In this document: positions 40,801-52,800 of the stretch, piece by piece
Position numbering within the stretch: position 1 is the first letter of the stretch
Layout of the letters: every line of letters starts with the position of its first letter
From: Phoronis australis
Lineage: Eukaryota; Animalia; Phoronida
Length of the DNA: 64,000 nucleotides
Assembly (NCBI GenBank): GCA_002633005.1
Contig: NMRA01000650.1
Span: forward strand, 82,850-146,849
Direction: 5' to 3'
Translations under genes and position numbers: made by a program
Notes under the pieces: generated by a model
Databases searched by the model: none
What the model was told of the DNA's origin: nothing
The model's input: only the letters and a program-made list of their open reading frames with translations

Positions 40801-43800
40801 AACTGTGCTGTTCAATACTATTTCCCCCGTGGATCATCGTGGAATTGGACACGATTCCAATGTACATGTATCTACCAGAGATATAGTACAAGTGATGTGG
40901 ACTTTGTGTCAAATGCGACTCCTGTTCAGTCACCAATTTGCGATTTTGTTTTTCTTTAAATATTGATTGATATTCCACAAATCGGTATGTGACAACGCCA
41001 GTCCTCTTTCTCAGGGATTTGACCAGTGTTGTGTAGTTTGTCGTCTGGCTCAATACTCTTGAACTTTCTTGCCTAGAGTATTATGAAGAAGGGCAGGTGT
41101 GCTCCTACCGAGGAGGGTATTCCTGACTTTGTGTCTATCCCTATCAGATTCTCATCAAGTTAACTAGAGTCACTCTATTCACTGGAAATTTTTAAAATAA
41201 TGACCATGTCGGGTATCTGCGCGGTACATGCAATGCTCGCAGGGTGGTGCTCATCAACGCTTCGTGTTTCTCTTGTTTCATTCGGCAATGCCAAGATACG
41301 TTTGACGCGCCACATGCCTTAACCGCGTTTTGGAAGATTGGCCGTTATTTAAACATTCTACTCAAAATCAAATTTACATTTTCCAGTTTTCCTTTTAATG
41401 AAATCGAAATAGCTGGGCTTTATTCTTCGCTGAATTAATCATAACTTCAACTGGCCCAGTGAGTCGAGCTAAAACATCGAATGAAAATTCTGGATATTAA
41501 ATTCATGCTCGAACTTCAAATTGCAACGATAGTCTCATAAAGTATATACTGGGATTGGAAAGTCGACCACTTGAGACATTATGCATTCGAGAATAGAATG
41601 CGCATCTTAGAAATTATATATTCGATTATGGAATGTTGACCACCATAGACATAAGGTATTTGAACATAGAAAGTTGTCCACGATAGTCGCCATGTTTTCG
41701 AGCATTGAATATTGTCCACCTTAGACACATATACGAGCACAGTACACTAGACACGCATCTGGCGTTTCACAAAAGTGGAACAGAAAATGCCAAAAATAAT
41801 TTTGAGTTGATATCGATTGAAAAGATTAGACCACGATCCTCTTTACAACCAAGGGTGGCTAAAGCTCCCGTCACACGGGAGGTGCGGTGCCACTGCGGTG
41901 TTTGGCATAAGCCGCAGTTGCACAGACATAATTGTTGTGGTGCTGCAGTGGTTCCGCCATTGGTCACCGTATCACGACGGAAAACTGTCAAAACCGCATT
42001 CTTTCGCGGTGGAACGGCAGAAACTTTGAACATGCTCTGCGGTGGGATCGCCACTACACCGTCATGACCGCCGTGGCACCATACAGGGACCGCAGAAGCA
42101 CCTCCATCACCACCGTGCTTCCTCAGTACAACTGCGTGCAATCAGCTAAAACACAGACTGGCGACACTACGGCGATCTCGTGACGGTTCTACTGCCGTAT
42201 TACCACTGAAGCACTGACGGTAAGGGGTTACCGCTGCGGAGTCAGCGAGGAATTTTATAAAGTTTGGCCGTCTAACTGCGGTGCTACTTCGTTCCTACGG
42301 CGGTGTTATTGAGCTGTTGTACGGCAATGACATTTCAACCGAGATTGCACTGAATAATAGGTCCGTTTTTCTTCTTAAATTTCAGTTTTCTAAAAATCTT
42401 CAGTTCAGATTGACAGTCAGTATTTAAAGGTCAATGGAATGACAGATAACAACAGAATTTGATCGTCATACAGCTGTAGCTGCATCTGCAGCAACACCAG
42501 TCAAACGAGAGCGCTCGGAGGAGCGACCCCCGGCGGAATTAATCGAAAAGACGACGATGGGGAGGACGACGACGATCATGACGATGAAGGCGGCAATTAT
42601 GAATAACACGATAGTATTCATGTGACTAGCGAAGAAATCAAATAGAGAGCATACAATCAACTACAATAAAGAACAATAGATGGCGCAACATGACGGACGA
42701 GCCATGCTTTGTTCCCACGTTCCAAAATAGGTGGCGCTATGTGACAGTCTGCAGAGTAAAGTTGTGTTTACAATATTTGGCGTGGAATTCCACTCTACAG
42801 TAGGACAGTACTGGTTGGGTCAGTCGGAGTCAACTAGGCATAACCAAAACAAAGTGAACTGAAAGCCAGCCAGCTTCGTGCTTGCATAGGTGACCGAAGG
42901 AACAACAGATAATTCAAAAGTAGACGTCGTTGCGCAAAATGGAAAATATCTTCTGGAAGCCCCTTCAAAACTATATCTAAAGCGATTGTTTGGCAAAAAT
43001 CAATACATTTTTCGAAAAAAATGAGAATTTGCCGTTTTTTTTTTGAAATTCAAATAACTCGAAAACGGTAAGTCTGAGAAATACGCTCTGGCAGGCTTTT
43101 TGAAAGTGCATACTTCAAGGAATCCACATGCAAAAATTCACGTCATTTGCTCTTCCCATCAAAAACGCGACCGCAGAACGATTGAAAACCTGTGAACATG
43201 CGCCACAGCCGCCATCGTGAAAGTGACTTCCAGTTAAACAATTTTTTTTAAAAGCTTATTAACAGCAACAAACACGTGACCAGTTTGAAAGTGATTGATT
43301 CGCAAATGCGCCCTCTACAGGAGAAAACGTTTTTGGCCATATTTCGGGGTCGCATGTGCCACTTCCAATATTTCCACCATCTTTAACCGGAAGTCAACCA
43401 TTTTCTGCACACTTGTACCACATGCCCTGTAGTATAATTTTTCTGATTTTCAGCCATGTACGCCAAAAAATACGGCCTCTACGAGCATTTGACTGTGAAA
43501 TCGGATACAAAATGGCCGCCACGTCCGCAATTTCGTATCTGATCATGACCAAAAACAATAGCATTCCAGTACTTCCCGATCTACGCTTCGTGTGCACATT
43601 TCCTGAAAATCGGACGAAAACTGCGACCTCTAGAGAGCGAACAAAAAAAATCTTGCCGTCAGACCAACATACTTGGCGGAAGACGCTGGGCCAGACCTGA
43701 GCTGGGCGATGTGAGACGTGAGCATTTTGGCCACTACAACCAGCTTGTGGTCGAGCTCAGTAGAGAGGATTCAGCCTGGTGCCAGAATTGCCTCAGCTAG

Positions 43801-46800
43801 ATTCAGCCCGGGATGTTTGATGAGCTACTTGCTTATCACGAAGAAGGGCAGCAACTACAAAAAGGCCTTGTACCCAGAGACGAATGTGGCGGCAACTCTT
43901 CGCCACCTGGGCTCTAATCAAGCTCGATTTCCTGATCCCAGCAAACACACTATCTATGATGGTCAAGGAAGTCTGCCAGACCATTGTTGAAGCTTTTAAA
44001 GACGAGGTGATCCAGTTCACTACGACCCGAGACGAATGTCCTCAGTGACACCGCAGTGGTTCAGCCCTGGATCTTGAGTAGCACCGCGAAAAAAAAANGT
44101 CGAGCTCAGTAGAGAGGATTCAGCCTGGTGCCAGAATTGCCTCAGCTAGATTCAGCCCGGGATGTTTGATGAGCTACTTGCTTATCACGAAGAAGGGCAG
44201 CAACTACCAAAAGGCCTTGTACCCAGGGACGAATGTGGCGGCAACTCTTCGCCACCTGGGCTCTAATCAAGCTCGATTTCCTGATCCCAGCAAACACACT
44301 ATCTATGATGGTCAAGGAAGTCTGCCAGACCATTGTTGAAGCTTTTAAAGACGAGGTGATCCAGTTCCCTACGACCCGAGACGAATGTCCTCAGTGACAC
44401 CGCAGTGGTTCAGCCCTGGATCTTGAGTAGCACCGCGAAAAAAAAACGCGTGTGACGGCTTGGGGAAAAACTACTGGCGGTGTCACAAAGGTGATGTCAG
44501 TTTTGACCAAAATCCGAAGTGGCGCCGCGCCTCTAGTGTGACGGGGGCTTAAGATCGCTTCAAGCAATGTGTTTTTATCAATAGGTAATGTTAAATCTTA
44601 CAGAACCTTGCCCGTGATACTCTTTCTGAGAGTCGTCACATTCCAGAAGGAATCACAGGGGCGTAACTGCTAAAAGTTTTGAGAATCCTCAATGTTTGAA
44701 TTTGTATTTGAGAGCTGAGGAATCGTCCTGATTTGTTTCAAGAAGGTTTTTTATTCTCATGTACAACTTTTGCTCAGGCTTATGTAAGCAGGCGTGATTT
44801 TAGATTGACGTGATTGTTACTTTTCAGACCAGCAACACTACAGAATATGACAAACACTCGAGAACTTCTTGAACAGCTTCAGCGGCAAGCGATAATTAAT
44901 GTTGGAGAATACAGTAAGCTAACCGACATGCTGCACCAGCTCCATCTGGAGGAACTTAAGGATCGAGTGGAAAAACTGTCAAGAGAAATAAAGGCAGCAG
45001 GTATGAGAGATCAATTTTCTGTGAATATTCAACTGCCACTTGGATATAAGTTGGGCTTTTTGAGTCGCTGTGATTGTCACTGTTGTTTTAGCTTTGTTCT
45101 GGAAATGACGTAATTTTGTATGATAAAGATGCCATCTCTCGTTATAATCGGATTTCTAAGTTTGAAGCAAGCACCAGTTTCTGAAGAACAGTGAGTCCAT
45201 GTATAATCGGGAAAAGAAAGAAGTTCCATGTAAGTTGCAAGTTTTAAGGAAACATCGTAGCTGAGACACATAAAACATGTGTGAACGTATAGGAAACCCT
45301 TTACCTGTACTAGTGATTTCAAATAGTACGCAATCATTATTTGATAATGAAATGAACACTAATAAAAACCTTGTCTTCTTTCATTAGGGCAAGCTTGAAA
45401 TATTACCATACCCATTTACATAAAATTGTTTTACAAAACGAGACTTTTGAGAGCGAAGTTAAATGCGAGTCAAACAACATGTTGCACGGGACGTTATGGA
45501 CATTAATTTATTTCCGAAAGCATTACATATGACATTGGTGTCTGTTCGTCCGCTCTTGGAAATTGAACACGCAGTGTTCAGTAACAGTTTAAGCACACAT
45601 AGATGTAACTCGCAAAGTAGATCGCATTAAAACCAAATTACGTGCAAAACGGCAAATGACACTAGATGTTACCTTAATGATGTCTTCAAACTCGCGCAAC
45701 CCAAAGCACTTCCGACAAGTATGACAATATTCACAGGAGTGCCGAATAACCGTGGCTCGGTCTCAGCTACCTTAGGGAACTCGGTCATTTATAAACAAGT
45801 TCGCATTCACAGAACTCAACGCGAAGGTGAATTGTATTTCTATAAAATGAACAAAGACAAGGCGATTCTCTTCTCGTTAAAGGCAGCCTGTTACCAGGTT
45901 TACAGTACCATTTCATTTCAAGTTGTTGTGTCTTTAGATTGAGTCAGTTTCAATGGAAACAAACAAACTCGTTATCTAGAAATATAAATGTGTGTGAGAA
46001 AACCATGGACTTCAAAATGAGGAAGTAGAGTTCTCATTTACTGCAGTTACCTGCAGTGTCTTCTGCCGAACAGTTGATTAAAAACCCGCTGATGTTTTTT
46101 GGCATTCATTATAATCTGCTTAAAGTTAACAATTCTGGAATTAGAATTACACTGGTTGCAAACAACTTGTCGAACACCCCTAATAAATCCGCTGTGGTTT
46201 GGTGCATATCACGTGTGTCTGCTGTTTCTTATAATTTGTAAACGTCAACAATAAGCAGACTGTATTGCTGTTTTATGTTGGAATTGATTGGGTCTACTTG
46301 TAATACTACTATTGTCAATCTAGTGTTGACGATACTTAATAGAGTCTCAGTCAATGGAATTGCTAGTCTTGGCTCGTAAAGAGATGGATTTAACGGTGAA
46401 TCACGCCTCGTTGATACATCTATTGCGGACATTATTGTCGTATTACACCACTTGGTGGCGCTCAACAAAGTCTGTTGAAACTGATTCCAGTTTAAAATTC
46501 CCATAGTTTACGCCTACCGAGGAGCAGCCGGCTTTTCCAAAAAATACGAACAGAATGAGCTGTTTTCACCCCAAACCCACGGTTTCTATGCAATTACTAC
46601 GAAGTGAAAAATGGTGCGTTGAAACTGACAAAATACTTCACATTACAGGAATCAGGTGAGAAGTGAATGTTCACTAGCAACATGTTTTTTTTTTCAAATC
46701 CAAAATAGCTATTCGGCTTCTGAATTGTCCTCTAAATTTCCCGTTTGCAAGCAGTAAGTGTTTTAGAAAAACCAAGACAGAGCAAAACCTGGGTTAAAAA

Positions 46801-49800
46801 GTGAAGAGCTAACAATCGTATACTCAGAACAAGAAAAGGCCAGTCGTAGCCATCACGAGCAACTTAAAATGTCCAGCACAGCCTGCATGCGCAAATTATT
46901 ATTGAAAATGGAATTAAACCGTGACTCAATTTGTTGAGGACCAACAGGACCACCTATTACTCGAGCTATACTTCAAATCAAACGGCCGCGCCTTCTATGA
47001 TGGTGAGAACTTATATCAACCTATAGATTTGAATTAAATTAGGAATCGACATCATACTAAATAAAGGAAGGTTCCAGTTGTCACTGGATAATAAATTAGA
47101 ATCCATACAGACCCAAATTTGTTTCTAATATTCTTTGGCTTGTCTGAAATAAAATGCATAGAATCACTGTTTTCACAAAGGGAGAGCTCCTAACAGGCGT
47201 GGTCCACGCCCCTTTAGTTTAAACCTTTCCCTGCCACCTGATATGAAACACGAGCGTACAACTAGGATGAAGATCTATATCTTGTATCACTTTGATTTCT
47301 TCGCAGAAGTCTGAACTTTTAAGTTTGTATTTTGAAAATTACACGATCTTTATAGCATATCGCTTGGCTAAAATCATATTACTTTTTGCTAAATGACCTC
47401 TTTACAAAACCGCGATTTTACCGATTTTAAAAGGCAGTAAGTGTTTTTTTTTTCTTATTTTCAAGGAAACATAGCTTCACATTTAATTATGTGACAAAAT
47501 TAGTTCTGTTTGGGCGAGTCAACTCTTGACAACCTTTGGAACATAAAAAGGTGTTCCAGGATCTCTTTTTTATTTGTGTGCAGTGTTACTTGTAAATATT
47601 AAACTATTTTAAAGGAACTGTTATTACCTAAGCTAAACATAGCAAGTAACTAGAACAATACAAAGAGTTTAATTAACCACTAAATGTAGTTAATCAGCCA
47701 AAATCACGCTTCTAGAAGTGTTTATTTATATCACAGAATGGCTCCCAAGTGACGCAAAATATCTTAAACAGTCTTGGAAATCGGAATGTGTCATCATCTT
47801 TCTAATAGACAGAGGATTACATCATTCTCCAACACTGCATGAGCAAACATAGAACACCTAATTGCCATTAGGAGACACCTCTATTGCGGACACCCAACCA
47901 TGTGAATACAAATGCAAAATTTCACAAGAAGAACATAGTGTGTTTAGTGTTGGTAAGGTAGTAAGTGACTATTTTTGTATGAAATCAAAAGCCTCAAAGT
48001 AGCTCGACTTTGCACAGCACTGAAAAAAATGCCAAATGTGGAAAAAAAACTGTAGGATAGCAACAAAGTGCCACGTGATACCGACGTGTACTTGCTTGGC
48101 ATTAAATATGTGTCATACGTAAAACAGTTCCAAACAATGTCACCGGTAGTGTACATGTAGGCGTTACTTCTATTTCGAATGTTAACAGGGCCAGGATTTG
48201 GCCCCTATAACTGCAAAAAGAGAATGGCTCCTTTGGAAGATAAATTTGTTGAGTACTATAGTAGTCTGTGGTACACTTTTGACCCGGAAATATCTATTTC
48301 AACAACTCACCCATTCTTAGTGCACGGCAGAAGATGCCATCAACCACTGGGGCTGGTGACAACGGTAACTCCTTGGACTCGAAATTAAGGGTGAAAACCA
48401 TTCGTAAAAGCTAGCAGAAAGTTGAAATACCAGCTTGAAATTGGGTCATTTTCACTTGCCAAAATGGAGTTGCTGCACCTTTTTTGGAATATCACTTTTA
48501 CGAGCCAAAATCTGAAAAGACGACAGAAAATACATGCACTGTTTGCGTTCTCTCGAATTTTCCGATCGGATGTTTATCACCCAGCTTTGTACCAATGTAC
48601 GTGTGGTAGAATTGCGCTGCCAGTTCCGGTCGCAGCCATTAAATGCCCCTAGTCGTCATAAATTTCACTTGCATCAGGTTGGCACGCATATACTGAAATA
48701 CAAAGAGATGGTCACACTTGTCACCAAGTATAGTGCATGACGAAACATGTTACGTTACCATGATCTTCATGATACAAATTAGCAAGATGATACTGTATCA
48801 AGCAAACTACATATTCACATACACAGACTTGTCACTAAAGTTCAACATAACCGTAAGACAGTGCCGATACATATTGGCGAGTATGATTTCCTGTTGTGTG
48901 GGATTACATTTATGTCATGCACTTTACACAGGGGAACACCACACTACGCATTACTACGCAAATTTATTCTTATATGCATAAATGTAATGAGGCCACTATA
49001 ACATTCACGTTTTCGATATTTAATTGTAAATTTTATGGTCTGCACTTTTATGTTGCTCTTTTCAGTAAATTCTGTATTACAGAGCCCCACGTCAGAGGTG
49101 ACATTGAAAGACAAATCTCTGATATGTGTGTTGATGCGGATGAATTAGAGTATGACTATGGAAAGGGTCAAAAATTGGATACAACGGCAGGTCTGCATTT
49201 TATTTTAAATTGGTGTTTTTGAAATCTGGAAATATCATGGTAAATATTCATGGAATTGAATTGTATTTCATATAAAAGGAACCATGGGATGGCAAATTAC
49301 CTCTCGATGAACGACAACTGTTGCCATGGATACAGTATCCTAACAAACCTACTCAATTAATTCTTTTGTTGCTCTTTCAAGCTTCTTTAAAGTGGGACAA
49401 AATAGGGTAAAAAACCTTGTAATCTAAAAATCAAAATTTCGATGAGAAAAGCCTAGACTTAAAAGCGAGTATGAATATTTCTCGGTTTACTTTACTTACT
49501 AACAGTGACTGCAGCCAGAGGAAAACAATTTTTGCCAAACTCAAACTTATTTTGTTGGCATTTTTACATATTTATTGCTTCTGGATTGATAGTAAACTGC
49601 TGTTCGTTTGTTCCCATTAGGACTAAAGATTGATGCAGGAAGTTCACTTCAGATGGAAAAAGAAGGTGAAGTACAAATGACTATTTCTACTCGCTTGTAC
49701 GAAACTATTGTGGTATTACTACTATACAAATCAATTCATTATGGTTTCGTAGTTATCAGGTTTGTCTGTTTTTTGTACACTTTGGAAAATCAACAATACT

Positions 49801-52800
49801 CTCATTGCTTTAATTTGTTTTGTTGGTAATGGTTAGTGTATTGAGATGACTGAGACCATGCTGTGAACTATAAACCCTTCAATTTCTAAAGAACTTTTGT
49901 GTTGATCTATTCAATCACTGAATGGCAGTTACAAGAACTTCTTAGAAATGCCTTTGAAATCGGCGCCCTTCCACAAATCTTTGCGACTCCCGACATTGAG
50001 CGTAGGATCATGAAGTGAAACTTCGTGGCTATGTCATGTTCATGGTATATCCAAATATTTGTTCAACTCAACCAGTTATTTTCTCTGGTGGAGTTAAGAA
50101 CACAGACGATTACTACGGAGCAACCAAAAAGGGATGATGTTCAACAAATGAACTAACGTCATCAGTCCTGTGGCACAACATCCGACACAGCCTCGTGAAC
50201 AAGCTTTTCTGAATAATGCAGTGAGCAAACTCATGTACTTAATCAATTTCAGGTTCCAAGTCAAGCAGTTCGAGCACTGAGTACGAGGTCGGCTGTCTTC
50301 AGACTCACGATATAACTGAAAAGGCGAATGGTGCGTAATTTTATGGTTAGTCGAATGTGCATATTCACACGCTTTCAAAGGTAGTTGAAAAGCACATGTA
50401 ATGATGGCGGGATTCCTTTTCGTCCGAATTGTTATTGATAGCACTAACACAAAATTACTAACACAAGGGGCAATTGTCTGATATAGCGTGCCCGAATTTT
50501 GAAAACCGGTTATCTCCACTGAATAATGGCTATGAACTGGTTCTGAAAATACGGGCACGTTATATCAGACTGATGCCACTCAACATGTGTGAAAGTTGGT
50601 ACTTTGAAGTGATTGCTTGTAAGTACTAATGAGTAAAAAAACGGTGAATTTTAGTGTTCGCCGTTTCAATTCTTCCTAAGTACTGACCGATGTCATTTCT
50701 ATCCCTATAGCAACCATTGATGGAGCAACTGGTGGAGTGATTCGGTGGAAGGAGGTTCAACTTAGAGTGCCGCCAAATGCAATATCCGGGCACATAACAA
50801 TTGAATTTGTAGATCAGCCGTTGTTAGCGCAAGCAGTGCATGACAAAACGAAAGGCAGAGCCAATCTCCATTGTCAGGGAATATGCGTGACTTGCACAGA
50901 TGATGATGCAACATTCTCCTACCCAATCGAAATTCGTATGACTGTTCGAACAATGTTGGAAAACGCCAATGATCACCGATTAGACAGCAAAGGCTTTCGC
51001 ATATTGCGTGAAAAAAATCATGAGGTGACGGACATTACTGAAGATTGCGATGTCAGGCTACACGGGGAGGAAATAGTGTTCTACTGTAAAACATTTTCAG
51101 ATGTGGATCTGGCGTGGGTGAAAAATGTCCCTTCACGAGTTGTTAAATACATCTATAAGGTCATCACACATATTCTCAAATCATCGTACATCTGCAAGAT
51201 ATGTCCTTGTATTAAAGGTAAACAAGAGGAAGGATTGAAAGTTAAACTGTATTGTCATGGCGAGCAAGTGGTGCCTTCTGGTGACCTTGAGCACGAGTGC
51301 ATATATGACAGTGAAAAACAGCGCTTTACAAATGAAGTCACGCTCTGGTTTCAAGTTGCGTGCAGGTGCATTAAAACTGGCAAAGCGACAATACGTTCGT
51401 CTTCAAAGGACTTGGAACTTGAAAGGAGTGTTTGCGAAAGTACGGGGAAACCATTTTCAAGACTCGTGTCTGATGTTAAAGCCCTTGTAGGTGGGGAAGT
51501 TCAACTTCATGTTTATGGAGTAAACTACCCGAAAGCGCTCCTAAACATGTCTGTGAAGGTCCATGTAAGTACCTGCTCAACTTGTTTTGGTGTAAGTTTT
51601 CCCGTGCATATATGTGTGTTGTCTATTGGAGCTTGAACCATGAGTCCGCGTTGTGGGCTTCACGGGTATTGCGAGTGTCTTATTAGATAAAAACAATAAT
51701 GCATTACAGTATTGGAATTATCAGAATGGCAATCGTTGTGCATTTTTTATCCTGCAATACAATATTGGCCAAGTATTGTATATACAATGAATGCAAGGTA
51801 TATTTTTTGTCACCAAGAAATCACTCAAGACAATATTTACACAGAAGAGTTTTGTGGAAAGATGGTCACATGCGTTTTCATAATTTGTTTTCATTATACT
51901 TTGCATCAAGAACAATATCACGGGTGAGAAACAACATGACTGCCGGTCTTCTAAATGGTACTGACTCAGTCAAAACAGGGCCTCCGGCGATCAAATGTGA
52001 CCTCTGCACCAGAAAATGGGACTGACGCACCTAAAAGCATGACCGCCCCACCAGAAAACAGGACCGCCGGGAACTGAACTTGACCTCCGGACAAAATATA
52101 GTTATCCAGGCCTTTGTATGATACTGCGGGTTACGACGTAACCGGTCAGCTAGTTGTGTAAAGACTATCGCCAAAATAAAGCTTGGTAGCACTGCGTTAT
52201 TGATCTCCGTTACATCCCGGAAATTTCCTACAGGCCGGGAATAGTTCTGTTCGTCACATCGTCGTGAAACTTATATCAAAATGTAGAACTAGCGAGCGGA
52301 GCAGGCGCATGCAAAATGTAGCTAGGAGTCAATCGACACTCACCTTGCAGCTTGCAGCCGCTTGAGTGAAAAACAATCTTACGAACGTCATTTCTTTGCC
52401 ATTGTAACTTTACAAAAAAGTCTGTCGCGCTCGCGACATGAGCACGCGCCACTTCCTAAAATTTTGCGACATCTTTTGGAAGATGCTGACTCAACTTCGC
52501 AGCAGCACGATTTGTTCTAAAATTCGGTTTGCTGGTTTTAAAATATTAAAATTTTTATGACGAAATGAAACCAGTTATGTCAATCTGTGCATGCAACCTG
52601 GTAGAAGAGCAAAAGAGCTGACTGAAGAATCGGTGAAAAAAGGTACGGGTCAATGTAAGCCGACCTGAAAGAACGCCTCTCAACTTTAGCATCGGAATAA
52701 CATTTTTCCCGGCAAGAGCCGTTAAATAATGTAGTTTACTCAAGGAAGGGTGTCGTTCATAACACTAATTCGGTGTTTTACCCATATCGGCGCCAAGCTG

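Larger units (their letters stand above)
41863..44549 (+). mobile_element. Degenerate PIF/Harbinger transposon, copy 2 with both TIRs and TAA TSD
   Basis: TAA|AGCTCCCGTCACACGGGAGGTGCGGTGCCAC...GTGGCGCCGCGCCTCTAGTGTGACGGGGGCT|TAA. Transposase remnant at ~43680-44040. Confidence 0.9.
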
